Source: an uncultured delta proteobacterium (GTDB lineage Bacteria; Desulfobacterota; Binatia; Binatales; Binataceae). Taken from it: a DNA stretch of 64,000 bases. Shown here one piece after another: positions 22,849 through 31,249 of the stretch. Location of the stretch: NCBI GenBank assembly GCA_963808235.1, contig CAWEEQ010000004.1:3136001-3200000 (forward strand), written 5' to 3'. Within the stretch, counting starts at the first letter, position 1. Every line of letters starts with the position of its first letter. The notes beneath the pieces are model-generated. The model was not told the DNA's origin. It did no database searches and saw nothing but the letters and a program-made list of their open reading frames with translations. Position numbers and translations under genes: made by a program.

Positions 22849-23412
22849 ATCCAGCAACTGCTGAAGCGCGTCCTTCACGTCCGGCCGCGACCAGTCGAAC
22901 GCGCCCATATGATGGGCCACGATTTGGCCCTTGCGGTCGATTATAAATGTCTCCGGGACCCCGCTCATTTCGTAAGTCTCGCTGATCTTGTTCTCGGGGT
23001 CGAGCAGGATTGTGAAGTGAAAGCCGTTCTTTTCGACGTACGGCGCCACCATCGCGCGGCCTTTGGTGTCCTGGCTGACCGCCAGCATCACGAAGTCCTT
23101 GTTGTTCTTGAAGTCCTCGTACAGCGTCTCCATCGAGGGCATTTCCTCGCGGCAGGGTCCGCACCAGGTCGCCCACACGTTTAGAAAAATCACCTTTCCG
23201 CGCAGCGACTCGAGCGATACGGTATGACCGTCAAGCGCCTCGAGCTTGAAATTTGCCGCCTGGCTTCCCGCCGCGACGGTCGCATCCGATTGCGACTGTT
23301 CGCTACCCAGCGGCGCACGCGTTCCCTGACGCCCGGAGATCGCAACCAGCGCGATTCCGACAACCACCACGACCGCTGCGACCGCGTAGAGAATCTTGTT
23401 CGTGGAATCCAT
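22834..23412 (-). CDS. TlpA/ResA-like thiol-disulfide oxidoreductase
   Basis: N-terminal TM anchor, WATWCGPCREEMP, GVPETFIID. Confidence 0.93.
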   Translation of the reverse strand: MDSTNKILYAVAAVVVVVGIALVAISGRQGTRAPLGSEQSQSDATVAAGSQAANFKLEALDGHTVSLESLRGKVIFLNVWATWCGPCREEMPSMETLYEDFKNNKDFVMLAVSQDTKGRAMVAPYVEKNGFHFTILLDPENKISETYEMSGVPETFIIDRKGQIVAHHMGAFDWSRPDVKDALQQLLDSKAG

Positions 23413-23415
23413 CGC

Positions 23416-24282
23416 TCAGGCTCGAAGCGCGTCCTTGGCGGGCTGCGCGTCTTTCGCGGGATGACTGTCCATTTGCGCAGGCGTGCTGCGTTTCGCGGTG
23501 AGCGCCAATCCGAGCGCGCCCAGGACCATCATCGCGAACGCGATCAGTTGCGCCTCGCTGAGTCCATAGAAAACTCGCGGATTGATGCGCACGAACTCGA
23601 CGAGGAAGCGCGCGGCTCCGCCCAGCACCAGGTACCAATAGATCAGGTGACCCGCCGGAGCGCGCTTGCGCATCGACCACAAGATCGCGAACACGCCAAG
23701 GTAGAGGAGAGTTTCGTAAACGGGCGCGGGATGCACTCGCACACCGGGAAAATATCCGGAAACGAGGCGGTAGTGTTCGTCCAGCTTGAGGACCGTCTCC
23801 GAGTTCCAGCCTACGATAGCCTTTGGATAGGCCATCGCCCACGGCAGCGTGGACGGCAGGCCCCAGTCACCGTCGCCCGACAGTTGGCATCCCATTCGGC
23901 CGATCGCCTGCCCGATCGCAAGCGCCGGTCCGCACATGTCCATCGTCACGGCAAATGAGATCCGATACCAGCGCGAGACCAGGTACGCGCCCAGGATTCC
24001 GCCGATCATGCCGCCGTAAAAGACGAAGCCGGAGCCGGAAAAGATCATCGTCTTGGGATCGGCAAGATAGGTCGGCAGGTCGTCGAGGATCGCGTAGATT
24101 CGCGAGCCTGCGATCCCGAGGACGGCGGCGGTGATCACGATTGAAGACGAATATTCGGGATCCAGACCGCGCCGCGTGCATTCGAGACGGATAACGTAGT
24201 CGGCGGCCAGAAAGCCGAGCGCCATCATCATGCCGTAGCTGTAAACAGTCAGCGGGCCCAGGTGGAACAGGATTGGTATCAT
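23416..24282 (-). CDS. lgt: Prolipoprotein diacylglyceryl transferase
   Basis: SYG, FYGG, QAIGRMGC, HPAPVYE, RFLVEFVR. Confidence 0.95.
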   Translation of the reverse strand: MIPILFHLGPLTVYSYGMMMALGFLAADYVIRLECTRRGLDPEYSSSIVITAAVLGIAGSRIYAILDDLPTYLADPKTMIFSGSGFVFYGGMIGGILGAYLVSRWYRISFAVTMDMCGPALAIGQAIGRMGCQLSGDGDWGLPSTLPWAMAYPKAIVGWNSETVLKLDEHYRLVSGYFPGVRVHPAPVYETLLYLGVFAILWSMRKRAPAGHLIYWYLVLGGAARFLVEFVRINPRVFYGLSEAQLIAFAMMVLGALGLALTAKRSTPAQMDSHPAKDAQPAKDALRA

Positions 24283-24421
24283 TGTTGAGGTGAGACGGGA
24301 ATCATTATCAGTTGCAAGGCCGGAATCATCTTCGCCTGCTAGTATATTACGCGGCGGCTCGCGGTGGCCACAGATAGTTTCGCCTTGCGCCCGAGAGGCT
24401 CCCCATTTATAGGACGCATTT

Positions 24422-24874
24422 ATGCGCGCAGTTCTTCAACGGGTCAGCCGGGGCGAGGTACGGTCCGGCGGCCAGGTCCTCGGTCAAATCGGGCGCGGCT
24501 TTGTGGTTTTGCTCGGAGTTGCCCGCGACGACACCGAGGCGGACGCCGCCAAGCTGGCCGATAGAATCCTCGGGATTCGGGTATTTGCCGATTCCAATGG
24601 CAAGATGAATTGCGCACTCGCGGCGGTCGGCGGCGAACTTCTGGTGGTGTCGCAATTCACTCTGCTAGCCGATACCGACTCAGGACGACGGCCGTCGTTC
24701 ACCGGTGCCGCGACTCCCGACGAAGCGCGCCGCCTGTATGAGCACTTTGTCTCGCTCGTACGCAGCAGCGATGTTGATGTCAGAGTTGCGACCGGCCAGT
24801 TCGGCGCGACGATGGAAGTCGAGCTGGTGAACGATGGGCCGGTAACGATCATCCTCGACAGCCGCGCGAATTGA
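24422..24874 (+). CDS. dtd: D-aminoacyl-tRNA deacylase
   Basis: MRAVLQRV, VSQFTL, GRRPSF, FGATM, NDGPVT. Confidence 0.97.
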   Translation: MRAVLQRVSRGEVRSGGQVLGQIGRGFVVLLGVARDDTEADAAKLADRILGIRVFADSNGKMNCALAAVGGELLVVSQFTLLADTDSGRRPSFTGAATPDEARRLYEHFVSLVRSSDVDVRVATGQFGATMEVELVNDGPVTIILDSRAN

Positions 24875-24991
24875 AGAATCCGGAAAAGAAAAGTTGAAAC
24901 GCGAGTTTCGTCGCCTCCTCTACGCTGAGATTCAAAGGGCGCCTCTGAGTTATATGATGGCACGTTTGAGGCGGCATTTTCTGAGGCGCGG

Positions 24992-25387
24992 GTGGAGAAA
25001 CCCCATTTGGCTCGTTATTATCCTCGGGCGCTAGAGCGGAAGGCCAAAGGCGAGGATCAGCCCGAATTAGTCCCAAACGAAGAGGAAGAAGAAATTAACT
25101 TGGAGCACATTTTACCGGAGCAGCCGGAGCAGAACTGGCCAGATATCGCGCCGGAAATGGCCGAGGCCTACTACAATCGGATAGGCAACATGGCGCTGCT
25201 CCAAGCGAAGAAAAATTCCACGATTGGGAACGCGCCGTTCGACGACAAACGGAAAGTTTTCGGGCAATCGGCATACATACTGACGGCAGAAGTGGGTGCT
25301 AAAACCAAATGGACTACGACTGAGGTTCAACAGCGGCAAAAGCATCTTGCGCAGCGTGCGGTTGAGACTTGGCCGTTGGCGGTATGA
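24992..25387 (+). pseudogene. C-terminal remnant of a GmrSD-type (DUF1524 HNH) restriction nuclease
   Basis: NLEHILPE...IGNMALL...KNSTIGNAPFDDK. No DUF262 N-terminal part. More AT-rich than its flanks. Confidence 0.78.
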
Positions 25388-25713
25388 AGCCGCGTCAGGT
25401 CACCGCGCTCGCGCTTGTGGGCTTCTTCGCGCTGATCGTTATGACCGGCTGCTTAGCCCCTTGGAACTTTAGTTATTATCCAGACCCAAGCGCTCACACG
25501 GCTGGCTATAAATGCCCACCGCCCGAGGAGATGAGTCATTTTGTTGTGACCAAGACTGCGCCGTGTACCTGGATACCGGGAGAGATGTTCGCTGCGTCCT
25601 GTTGGGACGAGGAAATTGCAGCTATGAATGAAGGACGCGGCTGCGTTCCCGAGCCCAGTCCGACACCGACAGCGACACCCACTTCTACTGCGACTCCAAC
25701 CGTGAGTTCGTAA
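25384..25713 (+). CDS. Putative lipoprotein, Cys-containing, with PT-rich tail
   Basis: ATGA overlap with the upstream stop. MKPRQVTALALVGFFALIVMTGC lipobox and PSPTPTATPTSTATPT tail. Confidence 0.65.
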   Translation: MKPRQVTALALVGFFALIVMTGCLAPWNFSYYPDPSAHTAGYKCPPPEEMSHFVVTKTAPCTWIPGEMFAASCWDEEIAAMNEGRGCVPEPSPTPTATPTSTATPTVSS

Positions 25714-25831
25714 ATTAAGCCACTTCGCTTTTCAAATGACGCTACTCGATCCTAAAGGCGCTCGAATGACGCCAGTAGCTGGGGTAGCCGTTCTATTGTC
25801 ATGCGGTTGGGCGAGTAGTATTGCTTCTCTT

Positions 25832-25943
25832 GCCGATTAGGCGGCTACCTGTCCGCGGAAAGGGCTGAGCCCACCATAAAGTTTTCGGATTTTTACGTAA
25901 CTCTTCTGCCCGTTTGCGGACGCCGGGCAAGAAGGAAGGGTTA
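25832..25943 (+). promoter_or_regulatory. Candidate structured 5' leader that sequesters the RBS
   Basis: Stem TAACTCTTCT-GCCCG/CGGGC-AAGAA-GGAAGGGTTA (25898-25943) covers the SD. Its loop TTTGCGGAC is complementary to upstream GTCCGCGGA (25851-25859). Confidence 0.5.
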
Positions 25944-27085
25944 TGTCTGCAACTCAATCCTCGCCAAAATCACTGCCTGCAAATCCCAGCGCGGAGTACC
26001 TGCGTAAGGAGGCCAAGCGTCTCGCGCGCGATGAGGCGATCCAGCTTACCGCCGCGCAGCGCCGGCTGGCACATGAGTACGGTTACAGAAGCTGGGCCGA
26101 ATTGATGACGGCGGTGCAGAAGATGGCGTCGGCGGGCGGCGCCGGCATCGGCGCCAATCCTTCTAAGCCGGTTGGCTCGACTCCAGTTAGCGACAGCGGT
26201 GCGAATGTCTTCCCGTTGCTGCCGTTGCGCGGACTGGTTGCGTTCCCTCACGTTTCCTATCCGATCTTTGTCGGGAGACCGACGTCGATAAAGGCGGTCC
26301 AATGCGCGAAGGATCGAGAAGTTCCGATCTTCCTGGCTGCGCAAAGAGATCCGAAAAGCACGGACCCATCGAGCTCCGAGATGTACCAGGTTGGCAGTCT
26401 CGGAAGGGTGATCGAAGCGATGCAGTTCCCCGACGGGAGCGTCAAAACCATCATCGAAGCCGACCGACGGGCGCGGGTGAATCGCTTCATCTTCGATACG
26501 GATTTCTCCAAGGCCGAAGTCGAGGAGATCGAAGAGACCGCGATTTCCGAGGCGAGGATCGAGGACCTGGTTCCCCTGGTGATTTCGGCGTTCATGAGGA
26601 GACGCGCCAAACCATTGCGCCAAAAAAAATTCCATCGCATTCGATCGAGGTCCCGAGGGAAAATCGAAGTGCTGGTCGGTGGCGGGAGCGTCGAGGCACC
26701 GCTCGAGCCGCTCAACGAGCGCCTGTCCAAGCCGGTCGAAGGGCTGCGCATTTCGGTTCGCGCCCTCAAGGGCCTGCGGACCGCGGATATCAAGTGCGTC
26801 CGCGATCTGGTCCAGCGCACCGAGGAGGACATGCTCAAGATCAAAAACTTCGGCCGCAAGGTGCTCGACGAGATCAAGGAGATACTGGCCAGCATGGGGC
26901 TGACACTGGGCATGCCCGAGGCGTGGGTTGTGGCGGGAACAGATGCCGGCAGCGCCTCGGCGCTCGCCGATCGGATCGCGAGCGAGCTGCCGATGGAACT
27001 CGCATGGAAACAGGAGCTGCTGGAGCTTCTCAACCCGGCCCACCGGCTGGAGAAACTCTTAGCCTACTTGAATGTGCTGCGCTGA
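25943..27085 (+). CDS. Lon N-terminal substrate-binding domain protein with inserted RNA polymerase alpha-CTD, no AAA+ or protease domain
   Basis: aa 11-55 LPANPSAEYLRKEAKRL...AQRRLAHEYGYRSWAEL helical module. aa 89-217 and 338-377 Lon-N (PLLPLRG..FP, GR..SI, LAAQRDP, PDG, LADRIAS..KQELLE..RLEKL). aa 257-324 alpha-CTD (SVR, DLVQRTE, KNFGRK, GLTLGM). Confidence 0.9.
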   Translation: MSATQSSPKSLPANPSAEYLRKEAKRLARDEAIQLTAAQRRLAHEYGYRSWAELMTAVQKMASAGGAGIGANPSKPVGSTPVSDSGANVFPLLPLRGLVAFPHVSYPIFVGRPTSIKAVQCAKDREVPIFLAAQRDPKSTDPSSSEMYQVGSLGRVIEAMQFPDGSVKTIIEADRRARVNRFIFDTDFSKAEVEEIEETAISEARIEDLVPLVISAFMRRRAKPLRQKKFHRIRSRSRGKIEVLVGGGSVEAPLEPLNERLSKPVEGLRISVRALKGLRTADIKCVRDLVQRTEEDMLKIKNFGRKVLDEIKEILASMGLTLGMPEAWVVAGTDAGSASALADRIASELPMELAWKQELLELLNPAHRLEKLLAYLNVLR

Positions 27086-27115
27086 TTCGGGAGGACATCG
27101 AAAAAGGGAAAAAGA

Positions 27116-27139
27116 CACAGGCAGGGACGCCCGTGCCAC
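27116..27139 (-). repeat. GTGG-type REP-like palindrome
   Basis: Reverse complement GTGGCACGGGCGTCCCTGCCTGTG differs by one base from 8035-8058. Confidence 0.8.
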
Positions 27140-27202
27140 AGGAATTTGGAAAGACAGTTCCTTTGCCACTAGAATGTCCCGGTGCTCGGAGGCGAGAGAA
27201 CT

Positions 27203-28036
27203 ATGCCGGAAGACAAATTTGTTCAGGTCAACGAGATGCGGCTTCACTACCGAGACTTCGGAAGCGAAGGCAAACCTGCCCTGCTCTTCATGCACGGTCT
27301 GACGGGGAATGCGCACTGCTTCGATCACGTCGCGCCGGAGTTCGTCGGCACGCATCACGTGCTCGCGCTGGATTTTCGCGGCCATGGAGACAGCGAGTGG
27401 CATCGCGACGGAGAATACGCTTTTCAGCGTCAGGTGAGTGACGCGGTTGGGTTTCTCGAAGCGCTGAACGTCTCGAAGGTCAGTTTGATCGGAAGCTCTC
27501 TTGGCGGCGCGCTCGCGATGGTCCTCGGCGCGATAAAGCCGGACTTCGTCGAGCGAGTAGTGCTTAACGACATCGGGCCGGAAATCAATCTTCCCGAACC
27601 TGATGAAGCGGCGGAAGCTCTGGACCTGCTAAACCAGCAGTTCTCGGACGCAGCCGAAGCGCTCGACTACTACAGGCGATGCTACCCTCCAGCGCGAGTG
27701 CTTCCAGATACCGTCGCGATCGAATTCGTACGCAACTCATTGCGAGTCGCCGATGGCGGGTCTCTGCGCTGGAAAGCAGATCCTCGCGTTCAGGCGGTCG
27801 CGCCGACCTCCAGCACTTCAGGTTCCTCGCCGGGGATGTGGCCGCTGTTCGACGCGGTCAAAGCTCCAATCCTGGTGATTCGCGGTGCCGAGAGCGAGAC
27901 GTTGCTCGCGAGTACAGTCGCGAAGATGGTTGCGCGTCGGTCCGGTATCCGCGCGGTTGAGGTTCCCGGAGTGGGTCATACTCCATGGTTGTCTGAGCCA
28001 ACGGCGCTGGCCGCGCTGCGAGAGTTCTTGCGCTAG
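27203..28036 (+). CDS. Alpha/beta hydrolase
   Basis: HG, DFRGHGDS, GSSLGG nucleophile elbow, VGHTP. Confidence 0.93.
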   Translation: MPEDKFVQVNEMRLHYRDFGSEGKPALLFMHGLTGNAHCFDHVAPEFVGTHHVLALDFRGHGDSEWHRDGEYAFQRQVSDAVGFLEALNVSKVSLIGSSLGGALAMVLGAIKPDFVERVVLNDIGPEINLPEPDEAAEALDLLNQQFSDAAEALDYYRRCYPPARVLPDTVAIEFVRNSLRVADGGSLRWKADPRVQAVAPTSSTSGSSPGMWPLFDAVKAPILVIRGAESETLLASTVAKMVARRSGIRAVEVPGVGHTPWLSEPTALAALREFLR

Positions 28037-28096
28037 AGTTCTTGCGCTGAGGAAGTCCCTTCCGATCTTTTCCTGCGTGCTGTAAGTAAACTCTCT

Positions 28097-28945
28097 ATGC
28101 CGAAGATATGGCCGGTGCATTACGCTCTCGGGATGGCGGGAGTAGCTGTCCTCCGAAACTGGATGTCTGGCGACGAAACCGCTCGGGCATCCGCGGAGGA
28201 ACTCCGGACGCTGGCCAACAGATTCAGCGAAGATCCCTCGCTCAGCTTTCAGCTCGACATACCCGACATGGACGTAGAGAGCGGCTACCGTCTTTGGGCT
28301 GACACATACGACGATTTGCATAATCCGCTGATCGCCATCGAAGAGCCGATCATCCGGGCGCTGATCGATGCGATCCCGCCCGGTCGCGCTCTGGATGCCG
28401 CATGCGGAACGGGGCGCTATGCTCGCCTTCTGAGTGAGCGTGGCCATCAGGTCGCCGCAGTCGATTTGTCCGCCGAGATGATCGAAAGAGCGCGCGCGAG
28501 CTCACCGGACGTCGAGTTCAAGCAGGGAAGCCTCGAGGCGCTACCGTTTGATGACGAGCGGTTTGATCTCGTGATGTGCGGACTTGCGTTGACTCATCTG
28601 CCCGAAATATCACGCGCGATTTCCGAAATCCGGCGCGTGCTGAAGGTCGGCGGCATCGCAGTGATCGCGGACCATCATCCGATGGCCGGTTTCCTGGGCG
28701 GCAGCGCCATCTTTCAAGACAAGGAGCGCTACTATCGGAACGTTAGGAGTTTCGTTCATGCGCATTCTGAATACGTTTCGGCATTCGTCGCCGCGGGCCT
28801 TGAAATACGGGAATGCCACGAGCCGCTAACGACAGAGGAACTGGCATCCAAGGGCCCATTGTTCGCGGTGTCTCCCAAAGCTTTCCTGGAAGGAACGGTC
28901 GGAATGCCGCTCGCGCTGATCTGGCGGGTGGTCCGCAATCGGTGA
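28097..28945 (+). CDS. Class I SAM-dependent methyltransferase
   Basis: ALDAACGTG, VDLSAEM, LPFDDERFDLV, RVLKVGG. Confidence 0.92.
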   Translation: MPKIWPVHYALGMAGVAVLRNWMSGDETARASAEELRTLANRFSEDPSLSFQLDIPDMDVESGYRLWADTYDDLHNPLIAIEEPIIRALIDAIPPGRALDAACGTGRYARLLSERGHQVAAVDLSAEMIERARASSPDVEFKQGSLEALPFDDERFDLVMCGLALTHLPEISRAISEIRRVLKVGGIAVIADHHPMAGFLGGSAIFQDKERYYRNVRSFVHAHSEYVSAFVAAGLEIRECHEPLTTEELASKGPLFAVSPKAFLEGTVGMPLALIWRVVRNR

Positions 28946-29469
28946 GGAAGAGCCGAGCCGCGGCGCCCGAGATTCTTGGCGTCGATCACATCTATTTGAG
29001 CGTCGCGGAATTTGCGCGGTCGCGAATCTTTTACGACCGCCTGATGAAATCGCTCGGCTTCAAGAAAGGGACTTTCCCCGTCGGCGGTGAACCTCATTGC
29101 CACTATTACAATCGCAACTTCCAGATAACGATTCGGCCGGCACGCAGCCGAAGATCAAAACACGATTCCTTTTCACCGGGGCTACATCATCTATGTCTTC
29201 GGGTGGCGAATCGTGCGGCGGTAGATGACATCGCCGGCCGGTTGCGCGCGATGAGAATCGCGATCGAGGGACCTCGGTTGTGGCCGGAATACGCAAACGA
29301 CTATTACGCGGTGTTCTTTTCCGATCCCAATGGAATTCGGTTAGAAGTAATGAATCACATCGAGCGGCGGAAGACGGTGCGCAGGTTATGGAACCAGCTG
29401 GAAGGCTTCAACAATCCACTTGATCGGCTGGCGCGAAAGGCGCGACGATCCAGGAAGAAAGGAAACTAA
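28942..29469 (+). CDS. VOC/glyoxalase family protein
   Basis: GTG 28942 overlaps the upstream stop. VDHIYLSV, PGLHHLCLR, YYAVFFSDPNGIRLE. Confidence 0.88.
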   Translation: MRKSRAAAPEILGVDHIYLSVAEFARSRIFYDRLMKSLGFKKGTFPVGGEPHCHYYNRNFQITIRPARSRRSKHDSFSPGLHHLCLRVANRAAVDDIAGRLRAMRIAIEGPRLWPEYANDYYAVFFSDPNGIRLEVMNHIERRKTVRRLWNQLEGFNNPLDRLARKARRSRKKGN

Positions 29470-29488
29470 CCGAGGACTCTGAACTGCG

Positions 29489-29980
29489 ATGCCACGGGCG
29501 GGTTTCTATACTGTCGAATCGGGAAAAATTTCGTTTCGGCGCGACGGCAACTGGTACAGCGACGATGAGCGGATCGACAATCCGCGGATCGCGCTGCTGT
29601 TCAGCCAGAGTATCAAGCGAAATCCCGACGGCAGCTACTATCTGCAGGTCGCCGAAGAGCGCGCATCGATCACCGTCGAGGACACGCCTTACGTGGTGAA
29701 ATCGCTCGAAGACGATCAGCTCGGCGGTTTCATGATGGTGCTGAACGACGAGACTCGCGAACCGCTGAATCCCGCGGAGCTGGAAATCGGCGCGGATAAC
29801 GTGCTCTACGCTCGCGTCAAAGGCGGGGAATCGCGCGCGCGATTCCTGCGCACCGCGTATTATCATCTGAGCGACTGCTTCGAATCCGACGCCGACGGCC
29901 GCTTCTATCTGAACATTCGCGGCAAACGGCATCCGCTGAAAGCTGGTTCAGTCAATCGCGCGACCGCGTCGCCATCCTGA
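29489..29980 (+). CDS. DUF1285-like protein
   Basis: DGNWY...I....IALLF...ITVEDTPYVV...LYARVK..ARFLR.AYY. Confidence 0.75.
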   Translation: MPRAGFYTVESGKISFRRDGNWYSDDERIDNPRIALLFSQSIKRNPDGSYYLQVAEERASITVEDTPYVVKSLEDDQLGGFMMVLNDETREPLNPAELEIGADNVLYARVKGGESRARFLRTAYYHLSDCFESDADGRFYLNIRGKRHPLKAGSVNRATASPS

Positions 29981-29987
29981 AAATAAC

Positions 29988-30476
29988 ATCGAGCCCAATC
30001 TTCACATCGTTCTGGTTCGCCCCGAAATTCCGCAGAACACCGGATCGATCGCGCGGCTTGCCGCGGCGATCAAGGCGCGGCTGCATCTGATCGGGCCGCT
30101 CGGCTTCTCGCTCGAAGATCGCTATCTGAAGCGCGCCGGTCTGGACTACTGGCCGCTGGTAGATTTGCGCACTTACAAGGAGTGGGACGAGTTCGCGGCG
30201 GCGCATCCGAATCCGCACGCCGCCAAATTCTTTTCGACGCACGCCGACAAGTCCTATCTCGAAGCGGTTTACTCGCGTGGAGATTTTCTTTTCTTCGGCT
30301 GCGAGACCGAGGGCCTGGGCCGCGAGTTCGTCGCGGAAAGAATCGACCGCGCATACCGGATTCCAATCTTCGAACCCGGCGTCCGCAGCCTGAATCTCTC
30401 CAACGCAGTTTCGATCGTAGTCTACGAAGCACTCCGCCAGACCGGCCTGCTAATCGTTAACCGCGGCCCAGATTGA
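29988..30476 (+). CDS. trmL: tRNA (cytidine(34)-2'-O)-methyltransferase TrmL (start codon uncertain)
   Basis: LHIVLVRPEIPQNTG, LHLIGPLGF, LKRAGLDYW, FGCETEGL, RSLNLSNAV. No in-frame ATG, GTG or TTG precedes the conserved N-terminus. Confidence 0.9.
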   Translation: MEPNLHIVLVRPEIPQNTGSIARLAAAIKARLHLIGPLGFSLEDRYLKRAGLDYWPLVDLRTYKEWDEFAAAHPNPHAAKFFSTHADKSYLEAVYSRGDFLFFGCETEGLGREFVAERIDRAYRIPIFEPGVRSLNLSNAVSIVVYEALRQTGLLIVNRGPD

Positions 30477-30480
30477 AGGA

Positions 30481-30500
30481 ATATGGTAAATATGCCATAT
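30481..30500. promoter_or_regulatory. Inverted repeat, probable TA autoregulatory operator
   Basis: ATATGG-N8-CCATAT immediately upstream of the toxin ATG. Confidence 0.6.
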
Positions 30501-30506
30501 TAGGCA

Positions 30507-30860
30507 ATGGCCCCGTTCCCAAGGCCGGTCATTTGGGTCGGCAGCAGCAAGGATGACATATCGGCCCTGCCCGGACCCGTGAAAGCCTCTTTCGGCCATC
30601 GTTTGCGGCAGGTGCAAGACGGCGAAACGCCGCTCGACATGAAACCGCTTACGCAGTTTGGGACTGGCGTGTTCGAGCTACGCGAGCGCTTCGACAAAAA
30701 TGCCTATCGGTTGGTTTACGCGGTGAATCTCAAAAGGGCGATCTATGTGTTGCACGCTTTCATGAAAAGATCGAAGTCTGGAATCGGGTTGCCGAAACGG
30801 GATGCGGAATTAATCGAAACGCGCCTGAAGCGCGCACATGCAATAGACGCGGAGGATTGA
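30507..30860 (+). CDS. RelE/HigB-like (Gp49-type) toxin
   Basis: WVGSSKDD, GVFELR, AYRLVY, IYVLHAFMKRS. Toxin-first gene order. Confidence 0.88.
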   Translation: MAPFPRPVIWVGSSKDDISALPGPVKASFGHRLRQVQDGETPLDMKPLTQFGTGVFELRERFDKNAYRLVYAVNLKRAIYVLHAFMKRSKSGIGLPKRDAELIETRLKRAHAIDAED

Positions 30861-30864
30861 AAAA

Positions 30865-31194
30865 GTGGCCGAGATTCCTGTTCACAAGAGCAGCGGTAAC
30901 GTGTTCGTTGACATTGGCTTTTCGCCTGCCGAAGCGGCCGAGCTCACCGCGAAAAGCAAACTCATCAGCGCCATTGGCGAGACTATCAAGCGGCGCCGAC
31001 TCACGCAGTCGGAGGCCGCGCGGCGTTGCGGAACGGACCAACCTACACTTTCCAAGGTCCTTCGTGGGCGTATGGAGAGCGTGACGATCGACCGGCTCAC
31101 GGCGTGGCTCATGGCACTCGGACGCACGGTCGAAATTCGCGTGCGCCCATACGACGCAAAAGCGAAAAAGGGGCACCTTGTCGCAACCGGTTGA
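30865..31194 (+). CDS. XRE/HigA-like HTH antitoxin
   Basis: SSGNVFVDIG, LTQSEAA...DQPTLSKVLRG, DRL...LGRTVEI. Confidence 0.88.
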   Translation: MAEIPVHKSSGNVFVDIGFSPAEAAELTAKSKLISAIGETIKRRRLTQSEAARRCGTDQPTLSKVLRGRMESVTIDRLTAWLMALGRTVEIRVRPYDAKAKKGHLVATG

Positions 31195-31249
31195 ACCAAT
31201 GCGGCGACGATCCGGCAACAGCCACAGGGCGCGGATGAAGGATTATCCG

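Noticed and set aside
24958-24972. Possible sigma54 promoter TGGCACGTTTGAGGC
   Set aside because: Weak -12 element, and it precedes only a gene remnant.
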